This document shows, piece after piece, positions 35,316 through 43,935 of a DNA stretch of 54,569 nucleotides. The DNA is from a virus (Duplodnaviria; Caudoviricetes). The position numbers and the translations under genes are program-made. Under the pieces are notes generated by a model that worked only from the letters and a program-made list of their open reading frames with translations, made no database searches and was not told where the DNA came from. The DNA lies in IMG/VR virus record IMGVR_UViG_3300025886_000032, positions 1 through 54,569 of that record; one strand, 5' to 3'. How positions within the stretch are numbered: position 1 is the first letter of the stretch; each line of letters starts with the position of its first letter.

Positions 35316-35663
35316 ATGGGATATATATCATTTAAAAAAGCAGGTGGTGAAGTAGATTTACTTCCTGCTGAAAATATAGTACATGTTGGAAATGCAACAA
35401 GCACTTCAATTGTTATAGTGTATGGAATCGGTAATGGAGCTGGTTCAGGTAATGGCCTGTCACAGCCAAACCCTGACTTTCTCAATGCTACTGTAAGTTA
35501 TGGCGATACATCTAGTATTGATGATCCTAATGTAAGAGGATTAATTAATGCTGCTATTGAGTTAGCAAATGGAGCATCTGGCCCTGCTATACGTGTTGGT
35601 TTACCAACTTCGGTTGGCGGTGTAGATGTAAAGTTTGGCGCAGGCAGCGCAGGCCAGGGTTAA
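35316..35663 (+). CDS. probable minor capsid / decoration protein
   Basis: Start moved to ATG 35316 (MGYISFKK) after an A-rich leader. Confidence 0.6.
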   Translation: MGYISFKKAGGEVDLLPAENIVHVGNATSTSIVIVYGIGNGAGSGNGLSQPNPDFLNATVSYGDTSSIDDPNVRGLINAAIELANGASGPAIRVGLPTSVGGVDVKFGAGSAGQG

Positions 35664-35682
35664 AACAAACAAACAATAACAA

Positions 35683-35707
35683 GATCCCGCTTCGGCGGGG
35701 TTTTTTT
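35683..35707 (+). terminator. intrinsic terminator
   Basis: GATCCCGC-TTCG-GCGGGGTT then T run. Confidence 0.9.
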
Positions 35708-35729
35708 AAAAACAATTATATTATATATT

Positions 35730-36479
35730 ATGAAAAACGAAGAAACATGGGAGATTAAAGATAGAAATTACTACTTAAGTGATAACCGATCTCCACTAAC
35801 TTATACATTACCATCTAAACACTCAAGAAGATTTCCACTTCTTCATTTTGATGAAGAAACAAGAAGTCAAAGAGAGTTAAGATATGCTACTAATCAAAAT
35901 AGTCCTTTTGTAGACGAGCAAGACGGTATGGCTACATTAGAACACATAGTGTTTAGAAATGGAACATTAATGGTGCCAAAAGAAAAACAAGCTCTACAAA
36001 AACTTTTATCCATATATCATCCTGCAAAAGATAAAAAATATAAAGAACTAGACAGTAAAGTTGAAGCAACTAATGAAATAGAACATATAGAAATTGAGTT
36101 TGCTGCATTATCAGCTGCTAGAGATTTAGATATTGACCATTGTGAAGCTATACTTAGAGTTGAAATAGGTTCTAGGGTATCAGGGATGAGTTCTAACGAA
36201 GTAAAAAGAGATTTATATATATTTGCTAAAAGAAATCCTGTTTTATTCTTAGAGTTAGTAAATGATGAAAACGTAGAACTTAGAAACTTTGCTATAAAAG
36301 CTGCAGAAGCTAAAATAATTAAACTGTCTCAAGATCAAAGAACGTTTAGTTGGGCTAGTAATGGCAAGAAATTAATGCAAGTACCTTTTGACGAACATCC
36401 ATATTCAGCATTTGCTGTTTATTTAAAAACAGATGAAGGTATTGAAATCTATAAATCTATAGAGAAAAAACTAAAATAA
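35730..36479 (+). CDS. conserved hypothetical protein of the head-tail region
   Basis: RELRYATNQNSPFVDEQ motif; 249 aa. Confidence 0.75.
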   Translation: MKNEETWEIKDRNYYLSDNRSPLTYTLPSKHSRRFPLLHFDEETRSQRELRYATNQNSPFVDEQDGMATLEHIVFRNGTLMVPKEKQALQKLLSIYHPAKDKKYKELDSKVEATNEIEHIEIEFAALSAARDLDIDHCEAILRVEIGSRVSGMSSNEVKRDLYIFAKRNPVLFLELVNDENVELRNFAIKAAEAKIIKLSQDQRTFSWASNGKKLMQVPFDEHPYSAFAVYLKTDEGIEIYKSIEKKLK

Positions 36480-36493
36480 CAAGTGATTATAAT
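36463..36493 (+). promoter_or_regulatory. class B promoter motif upstream of tail genes (upstream box degenerate)
   Basis: caa GTGATTATAAT at 36483. Confidence 0.5.
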
Positions 36494-36494
36494 T

Positions 36495-36520
36495 AAGGCG
36501 GCTATGCGGCCGCCTTTTTT
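36495..36520 (+). terminator. intrinsic terminator
   Basis: AAGGCGGC-tatgcg-GCCGCCTT then TTTT. Confidence 0.85.
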
Positions 36521-36537
36521 ATTACAAAAATATTAAA

Positions 36538-37341
36538 ATGGCTATAAACGTAAACACAGTATATCAAACAGTCTTATTACTACTTAATAAAGAACAAAGA
36601 GGCTATATTACTCCTAATGAGTTTAACAAAATAGCCACTCAAGTACAGTTGGAAATATTTGAACAATACTTTGAAGATTTAAATCAACAACTTAGAGGAC
36701 CTGGTCTTCAAGACGAGTATGCAGATAGAGTAGATAATATAGAAGAAAAAATATCTATATTTAAAACATTTTCTCAAGCAAGTTACTATAGTGAAGATAT
36801 TAATGGACCTATAGCTAATCCTTATTTTTATTTACCCGCAGATGTGCATCGTATAGGTACTATAATGTATAAGGATGAACAACATTTGCAAATGACTAAT
36901 AGAGGTGAATATTTACATTTAAACATGTCTAAACTGACTCGTCCAAGTGTAAAATATCCATTATATATACAAGAAGGCAATGTTAGTCCTACCGAACCTA
37001 CTGAAAGCTTAGTTGTATTATGTTCAGACTGTATAAGAATATATGTTTACCCTGAAGAAATAATAAGTGATATAAGCGTTTCTTACATTAGAAAACCATT
37101 AGATGTTATATGGGCATATAGTGTAGGTAATCTTGGTCAATATATATGGGATCAAACACCAAATTCTTCTGGGTCGGTAATTCCAAATACTGGTTCTCAA
37201 AACTTTGAAATAGACAGCACTGAGCAAACGGAAGTAATAATAAGAATATTAATGTATTCTGGAGTAGTTATAAGAGATCCACAAATAATTCAAGCTGCCG
37301 CAGCTCAAGCTCAAGCCACTGAAGTTAATCAAAAAAGCTAA
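36538..37341 (+). CDS. tail tubular / ring (adaptor) protein
   Basis: LNKEQRGYITPNEFN, LPAD, YIRKP; position after head genes. Confidence 0.7.
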   Translation: MAINVNTVYQTVLLLLNKEQRGYITPNEFNKIATQVQLEIFEQYFEDLNQQLRGPGLQDEYADRVDNIEEKISIFKTFSQASYYSEDINGPIANPYFYLPADVHRIGTIMYKDEQHLQMTNRGEYLHLNMSKLTRPSVKYPLYIQEGNVSPTEPTESLVVLCSDCIRIYVYPEEIISDISVSYIRKPLDVIWAYSVGNLGQYIWDQTPNSSGSVIPNTGSQNFEIDSTEQTEVIIRILMYSGVVIRDPQIIQAAAAQAQATEVNQKS

Positions 37342-37347
37342 TAAGAT

Positions 37348-38676
37348 ATGTCATTTTTAAATAATACTCCCAACGGTGGTTCAATAAAAGAAACCAATCA
37401 ACAGTACTACGTAGGCACTCAAAGCAACATAGCTAGTTATACTAACTTAGTGTTAGATACTATGGTTTACACATTTGATGAAGTACTAGAAATAGGTTCT
37501 TTAGATTCTTGGGACCCTAGTAACTATCAATATCATTTAAACAATTTTTACGTAGAAGTTAGTCCTGACGGTATTTCTCCTTATGAGTTATGGGACGGGA
37601 CTGGAGGCGTTAACTCCCCAGCTGGACCAAATGGAACGGGCGGTGGTTTTACTATATCTAGATTTTCTAATACACAATCTTTTAGCGTTTTAAAATTTAA
37701 CAATCCCGATGCTGTTACAGACGGATACTACGTTAGAGTAAAGTTAAAGTCTCAACTAGTTGATGGTGCACCTAACTATGGTGATTATCAATATTTATCT
37801 ATATTTGAATTAGTTAATAATTTCATGATAGGTTATGTTGGTAACGATAAATTAATAAGTAAAGTTAAAAGATCTGATGTATTGTTTTATGCTAAAAGAG
37901 GTTTGCAAGAGTTTTCGTATGATACATTAAGAAGTGTAAAATCAATGGAGTTAACTATACCACCTAGCTTATCAGTTATAATTCCTCAAGATTACGTTAA
38001 TTATGTAGGTGTTGCTTGGATAGATGGATCAGGTATAAAACATCCTATATACCCAACTAACATAACTGGTAATCCTACAGAGTCACCTATACAAGATACT
38101 AATACAACTAATAACCCTTTCGGTTTTAATTTCCCTAGCTCTGGGTATGGTATACCTGTTCAAGATCAATTTGGTGAAAACCTAGAAGGAACGTCTATAA
38201 CAGAAGGTCAATGGCAAAATAACAACCCAAATGATCAACCTACTGAAGGTGCTATATTTAAAGATGGTATTGGAAACAATATATATGCAACTAGAGAAAT
38301 AGCTTTATTAGGTCAAAGGTTTGGTCTACAACCTGAGCTAGCCAACTACAACGGATGGTTTACAATGAACACGCGTGAGGGTAAAATATCTTTTAGCAGT
38401 AATCTAAGTGGTAAATTAATAATATTAGATTATATATCTGACGGTTTAGCTTATGATCAAGATACTAAAATACCTAAGTTAGCAGAAGAAGCTTTATATA
38501 TGCATATAGCTTATAGCATATTAGCAAGCAGGAAAAATGTTCCCGAGTATCTAGTTGCTAGATTTAAAAAAGACAGAAGAGCTCAATTGCGTAATGCAAA
38601 AATAAGATTATCAAATATAAAACCCAAAGAGTTTGTCCAAGTTATGAGAGGCAAAGCTAAGTGGATTAAATACTAA
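37348..38676 (+). CDS. tail ring / structural protein
   Basis: AKRGLQEFSYD, PQDYVNYV, ILDYISDG, LRNAKIRLS. Confidence 0.7.
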   Translation: MSFLNNTPNGGSIKETNQQYYVGTQSNIASYTNLVLDTMVYTFDEVLEIGSLDSWDPSNYQYHLNNFYVEVSPDGISPYELWDGTGGVNSPAGPNGTGGGFTISRFSNTQSFSVLKFNNPDAVTDGYYVRVKLKSQLVDGAPNYGDYQYLSIFELVNNFMIGYVGNDKLISKVKRSDVLFYAKRGLQEFSYDTLRSVKSMELTIPPSLSVIIPQDYVNYVGVAWIDGSGIKHPIYPTNITGNPTESPIQDTNTTNNPFGFNFPSSGYGIPVQDQFGENLEGTSITEGQWQNNNPNDQPTEGAIFKDGIGNNIYATREIALLGQRFGLQPELANYNGWFTMNTREGKISFSSNLSGKLIILDYISDGLAYDQDTKIPKLAEEALYMHIAYSILASRKNVPEYLVARFKKDRRAQLRNAKIRLSNIKPKEFVQVMRGKAKWIKY

Positions 38677-38680
38677 TTAA

Positions 38681-41600
38681 ATGCCAGAAGCTAAAAATAC
38701 ATTCATCCAGTCCAAAATGAACAAGGATATGGATGGTAGAATATTACCCAATGGTCAATATAGAGATGGTGAAAACATTCAAGTAAGTAGATCAGAAGGA
38801 GACGATGTTGGAGCATTAGAAACAGTTTTAGGTAATGTAAAACTTACAGACTTTGGTTTAAGCGATAGAGACTTAAAAACAATTGGAAGTTATTTTGACG
38901 ACAATAGTAATCGTATATTTTTATTTTTAACTAATTATAGCGATTCTTCACCAAACCAGTTAGACAATGAAGCTATAAACTCTCCAGGAGTTGCTTGTTA
39001 TATAGTTTCTTATAATGTACAAACACAAGTATCTTCAATATTAGTAGAAGGTGATTTCTTAAACTTCTCTCAAACACACCCAATTATTGGGGTGAATTTA
39101 TTAGAAAATCTATTGTTTTTTACAGATAATAGAAATCAACCTAGAAAAATAGATATTAATTTAGCCGGTTCTAATTACTATACAACTGAAGATCAAATAT
39201 CAGTAGCTAAATACTATCCATACACAGCTCCATTGTTGATGAAATATTTACCTAGCAATGCGCCACCTAGAATTAAATGGGAGTCTACAATGACTGACAC
39301 AACTAGCGAGTATCTACCTATACACACCGCTGCTAAAGTATCAGGTAATGGAATTCCAAACTCAGAAATTGTTCTTGATGGTTATTATTCAAATATCATG
39401 CCTAAAACACCTGGATATATTGGAAATCCAAATGGATGTTTAGTTACTGGTGATGGTGTTCCAGATGGTACTACTGTGGATTCTATAACTTTAGGTGTTA
39501 ATGATACAACTATACATCTTACTCCAACGCCACCTAGCACAATATCTACAGGTACAATATTATATTTTCAATTTAAAAATCCAGAATATGCAGTAAATTG
39601 GCCGGGTGATCCTGAATACTTAAAAGAAAGATTTGTTAGATTTAGTTATAGGTTTAAATTTGACAATAATGAATACTCTTTAATAGCTCCTTTCACACAA
39701 ACAGCTTTTATACCTCAACAAGATGGTTATTTTATAGGTAACAAATATACGGGAACGCAAACCAATAGTACAGATAATACTTCTATTTTTGGTCAAGAAG
39801 CAGAAACTTTTGACTCTACTGTTGTTCCTTTCATGCAGAACAAAGTAACTAATATTGAAGTATGTTTAATAGCACCAACCGCAGGTAATCTTAATAATTC
39901 TAGTTTTCCAGAATATATAAATTGGTCTGAAATAAACAAAACTTTAAAAGTTATAGAGATTGATATATTAATAAAAGACTCTTCTAGTAACAACGTGTAT
40001 GTTGTTGAAACACTTGGTTTATCACAATTTAAAAATGTAGATAGTGAATACTTACTATATGATTATCAAAGTAAGAAACCTTGGAGAGTTCTACCTACAG
40101 ATCAAGTAACTAGAGTAAGTGATGTTGTACCACTTAAAGCTCTAGCTCAAGAAGTATCTGGAAATAGATTAATGTATGCAAATTTTGTTGAAAAACACGC
40201 TTCACCCGAAAGGTTAGACTACCACCTTTCAGTTGGGCAAAAACCTTTTATACCTTACGATTTAGGAGAAGTTGGATTAAATGAAGAAACTAGTTATATT
40301 AGAAAAGAATATCAAAACCATACTCTAAAGCAAAATAGAACATATCAAGTTGGAGTAGTGTTATCTGATAGGTACGGTAGAAAATCAAATGTAATACTTT
40401 CTGAGTTAGTAGATTTTCAAGAAAATCCAAGTGCAAAAAAGAACTCAACTATATTCCATAACTACGCAAATTCTAATAGTTTAATAATATATGACAAGGA
40501 CCAAATACCTAACGAAGATGCTAACACTTGGCCAGGAGACAATTTAAGTATTACATGGAACAACGTGATACCAGAAGAACCAAGTCAAGATGGTTATCCT
40601 GGTGTGTATTCTGTTAATGATCGAACTTTACAAAGTGTATTATTAAACGTAGGTCTTACAGGCACTTTTCCACCAAATGATGATTGCAATATTTTAGTAA
40701 AAAATACTCTTGCTGGTGAAGCGACCGCGGAAGCATCTATAAAAGCTTATAGCGATGCTGAAGGAAAAATATCTGAAATTGTAGTTAACTCTTCTAACAA
40801 CGGGTGGGAAAACGGAATGAATGTAGTAGCTGATTTTTCTAGTGGGCTCCCGTGTAATGGTTGGGATGATCAAACTTTTACAGGTAATGCGGTTTGCCCC
40901 GCTGACAGACCTTTAGGTTGGTATAGTTACAATATAGTTGTAAAACAAACAGAACAAGAATATTATAATGTTTACATGCCTAGTGCTTTAGCTGGTTACC
41001 CATGTAATCAAAACGTTGATGGCGCTGTTGATGAGTTATATGGTGAAACTCCTAAAATGATTTATCCTTTAGGGCAAGATAAAGCAACATCTCATTTAAC
41101 TTTAATTGGAGATAATATCAATAAAATACCTAGAGACTTAAACGAAGTTGGTCCTGAGCAAAAGTCTTTTAGAAGTTCAGAAAGACTATTTCATAGAGTA
41201 GAAGGTATATTATTTAAAGATAATTTAGATCAACAACAATACTCTAGTCAACCTTATTCACCCTCTTTAACAGGAGATAAAGTTGTTACAATATCAAATA
41301 TGTCAAAATTAGACTTAGGTAATTTAATAACTAATCCTGCTTATCCTATACTACCCAATTCAATATACAAAGCAGAAACCGATCCTTTTGTAGCTAGAAT
41401 AAGTACAGATAAAAGGTTTGGTATAGTAGCTGGTGACAGTGTCAATCCTTGCATTAGTACAGATAGTAAACCAAATCCTGATGATCCATTACTACCTCCA
41501 CTTATAGATGTTAATAACACTCAGTTCGCTATTGGACCCGTGCTTAGTGTTAGTGAAACTAAACCTGTAGAAAGCTTATTAGATATATTTTGGGAAACTT

Positions 41601-43906
41601 CTACTAGTGGTTTAATAAGTGAGTTAAACGATAATATTAAAAATACAGATAATACAGCTCCGTCTGGTATTTCACCAGTTTCTATAAGTTGGAGTGAAGG
41701 TGATCCGTATGGTGCCTCTATATCTGGACAGTTTTCTGCAATTGGTCCAACCGGTTTAGTGTTAGTTGGTACTTCAGAAATATCTTTAGTTGGTGTTACT
41801 AGAGGTGATAATGTTCCTTGTCTTGATCAATTTGAGCTAGTTCAATTAGGTTTTGGTGAGGTTGAATTAAAAATAGCTTCATCAAGCCCAACCAATCCAG
41901 GATTTTTACATTGGCAAGATCAACTAAAAAACCAATACGATTTTGAGTTTGAAGTAAAAAACACAACAACAGGGGCTGTAGCTACAACCTTTTTAACAGG
42001 TTTTTTAAATAACAAGCCACCAGTAGAAAGATTAGAAGCTATTGATAGTAATAATAACGTTGTTGAAATAAACTGGGTAGATGTAAAAGAATCTATATGC
42101 TTAAGAGGTAGTCTAGACACTCAGTCACAAAGAGAAAATGCGCAAACAATGTCTTTAAAAGCTGTTGAAGGTAGTCAAAAGTTTGGTCTTAGATTGGAAT
42201 CTAATATGTTTATAGATTGGAGAAGTTACGTTGACCCTGAATCTTCTTTTGCAAATGGTGTAGTTAATTTTGGAGTTATAGAGCCAACCACAGTGAAGTA
42301 TATTAATGCTGCTCCATATTTCAATGAGTCTTCTCCTTGTTGTATAGACACAAATGAAGACAGTGGTAAAATTAGACAATCAGGAATGTACGATTTTGGG
42401 TGGTTTGGTGGGCCAACGTTACCCGGTACTCAAGCTGACAAAAATGGTGATGGCAGATTTAGGCCAACTACTTACCAACCAGGTGACAGTAACTTAAATA
42501 GTTGTACATATTCTCAAAAAATATATGCACCAGACCCTAGTTTATACCCTGTTAATAACGATATATATCCAGTTCCTGGTAATAGTAATGATAAATTAAA
42601 AATGCCTAAATACTTTAGAGGATCTCAAGGTTTTTCAAGTCAGCCAGATATAAAGTTTAATAGTTCTATACTTCAAGAAACTGCATTTACCAAAACTGTA
42701 GAAACAAACACAGGTGACGCTGATTGGGACGGTTCTTTTGCTGTTATGAATGGAGAATTTGGTAGTGAAATAGGTGAAAGTTGGCCAAATATAAGTGGTT
42801 CACCATCAGGCATAGGAACTGCATTAGAAGTACAGTGGTCTATTCCTAGAATGTACCAAGTTAGTATGATGATGCCGCATGGTAATGAAATACCACCCAG
42901 GTTCAACTCTGGCCTTGCACAAATTATGGAGTGTTTTGGAGATAAAAACTTTGTAACAAAATTTCCTTTTGACCAGCCTCGTTACTGGGAAATGCCTTCA
43001 AGAACATCCTTCCCTCAAGGTGTACCTAAAACATCAGGATCTAAGTATTTTGATATTCAACCTGGTGGTGAAGTTATATTCGGTTTAATACCTGAGACTG
43101 TAATAAACAGCTTAAATACAAACGATAGAAATTCTATATTAAAATATTTACCAAAGGGTCCAATATACTGGGATAATAGTTCTAATTCTACTAGAGGTGG
43201 TTTTCAAGGAGAAAGTCAATTAGATCCAGAGAATAAACTTGGAGAACAAATAGTTGGTATTAAATATAACAACTATACCACTAATGATGCACCATCAGCA
43301 TATGCTCACCACTATTGGCCAGATATAAATGGTTTACTTCAAACTGATCCAGATACTCTTTATGCAGACTTCAAAAGTGGTAATCTATCATCTGCTCCAG
43401 ATTTTATGAAAATAAGAAACGGCGCAAACACTTTTTATCAGTTTAACAATCAACACGCTGCTTATACAAGTTTAGTCAATTGCGGTGACTCTGATCAATA
43501 TGACTTTTTTCCATTCTTTTCAAATGCTGCAAAAACTATTGGTGAATGGTTACCTAACGCATCTCAAGTAGCTAATGCCATGGGTCATTTGTTTTATTTA
43601 GGAGGTATTAACAACTCTGGTTATGGTAGTTCTACAAATGGTCAAACGTTTTTTATACAACCTGAACAAATACAACCTGGCTATCGAAAAGCAAAAGCTA
43701 AAATTCACGCTGGACCTGTAGGTAGCGTTTCTGAAGCTTGGGATGGTCCTAATGATTTTGGTATTGGTTTACCAGGTGGTAGATATGTTGTTACAGTAAG
43801 AGCAACCGATGCAGGTGGCGATGGCGCTTTCGTAGAGTGGGATGTACCTGTATATTTACCATGGTGGAGCACTAGAACAAATACACCTTTAAGGTTGAAC
43901 TCGTAA
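38681..43906 (+). CDS. tail stabilization / muzzle protein, N-terminal part with large insertions
   Basis: SKMNKDMDGRILPNGQYRDGENI, LFFTDNRNQPRKI, RFSYRFKF, GNRLMYANF, Y.VGVV..D.YGR. Confidence 0.75.
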   Translation: MPEAKNTFIQSKMNKDMDGRILPNGQYRDGENIQVSRSEGDDVGALETVLGNVKLTDFGLSDRDLKTIGSYFDDNSNRIFLFLTNYSDSSPNQLDNEAINSPGVACYIVSYNVQTQVSSILVEGDFLNFSQTHPIIGVNLLENLLFFTDNRNQPRKIDINLAGSNYYTTEDQISVAKYYPYTAPLLMKYLPSNAPPRIKWESTMTDTTSEYLPIHTAAKVSGNGIPNSEIVLDGYYSNIMPKTPGYIGNPNGCLVTGDGVPDGTTVDSITLGVNDTTIHLTPTPPSTISTGTILYFQFKNPEYAVNWPGDPEYLKERFVRFSYRFKFDNNEYSLIAPFTQTAFIPQQDGYFIGNKYTGTQTNSTDNTSIFGQEAETFDSTVVPFMQNKVTNIEVCLIAPTAGNLNNSSFPEYINWSEINKTLKVIEIDILIKDSSSNNVYVVETLGLSQFKNVDSEYLLYDYQSKKPWRVLPTDQVTRVSDVVPLKALAQEVSGNRLMYANFVEKHASPERLDYHLSVGQKPFIPYDLGEVGLNEETSYIRKEYQNHTLKQNRTYQVGVVLSDRYGRKSNVILSELVDFQENPSAKKNSTIFHNYANSNSLIIYDKDQIPNEDANTWPGDNLSITWNNVIPEEPSQDGYPGVYSVNDRTLQSVLLNVGLTGTFPPNDDCNILVKNTLAGEATAEASIKAYSDAEGKISEIVVNSSNNGWENGMNVVADFSSGLPCNGWDDQTFTGNAVCPADRPLGWYSYNIVVKQTEQEYYNVYMPSALAGYPCNQNVDGAVDELYGETPKMIYPLGQDKATSHLTLIGDNINKIPRDLNEVGPEQKSFRSSERLFHRVEGILFKDNLDQQQYSSQPYSPSLTGDKVVTISNMSKLDLGNLITNPAYPILPNSIYKAETDPFVARISTDKRFGIVAGDSVNPCISTDSKPNPDDPLLPPLIDVNNTQFAIGPVLSVSETKPVESLLDIFWETSTSGLISELNDNIKNTDNTAPSGISPVSISWSEGDPYGASISGQFSAIGPTGLVLVGTSEISLVGVTRGDNVPCLDQFELVQLGFGEVELKIASSSPTNPGFLHWQDQLKNQYDFEFEVKNTTTGAVATTFLTGFLNNKPPVERLEAIDSNNNVVEINWVDVKESICLRGSLDTQSQRENAQTMSLKAVEGSQKFGLRLESNMFIDWRSYVDPESSFANGVVNFGVIEPTTVKYINAAPYFNESSPCCIDTNEDSGKIRQSGMYDFGWFGGPTLPGTQADKNGDGRFRPTTYQPGDSNLNSCTYSQKIYAPDPSLYPVNNDIYPVPGNSNDKLKMPKYFRGSQGFSSQPDIKFNSSILQETAFTKTVETNTGDADWDGSFAVMNGEFGSEIGESWPNISGSPSGIGTALEVQWSIPRMYQVSMMMPHGNEIPPRFNSGLAQIMECFGDKNFVTKFPFDQPRYWEMPSRTSFPQGVPKTSGSKYFDIQPGGEVIFGLIPETVINSLNTNDRNSILKYLPKGPIYWDNSSNSTRGGFQGESQLDPENKLGEQIVGIKYNNYTTNDAPSAYAHHYWPDINGLLQTDPDTLYADFKSGNLSSAPDFMKIRNGANTFYQFNNQHAAYTSLVNCGDSDQYDFFPFFSNAAKTIGEWLPNASQVANAMGHLFYLGGINNSGYGSSTNGQTFFIQPEQIQPGYRKAKAKIHAGPVGSVSEAWDGPNDFGIGLPGGRYVVTVRATDAGGDGAFVEWDVPVYLPWWSTRTNTPLRLNS

Positions 43907-43932
43907 AAAATTAAAAAATAAAGTGATTATAT
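43903..43932 (+). promoter_or_regulatory. class B promoter motif
   Basis: GTAAA aaattaaaaaataaa GTGATTATA, then TATT and ATG 43936. Confidence 0.65.
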
Positions 43933-43935
43933 ATT

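Noticed and set aside
35163-35663. Programmed frameshift extending the capsid protein into the next gene (+1 frame open across the capsid stop)
   Set aside because: No convincing slippery site; the intervening sequence is a terminator-like hairpin and an A-rich leader with a good ATG at 35316; TAG read-through hits TAA six codons later.
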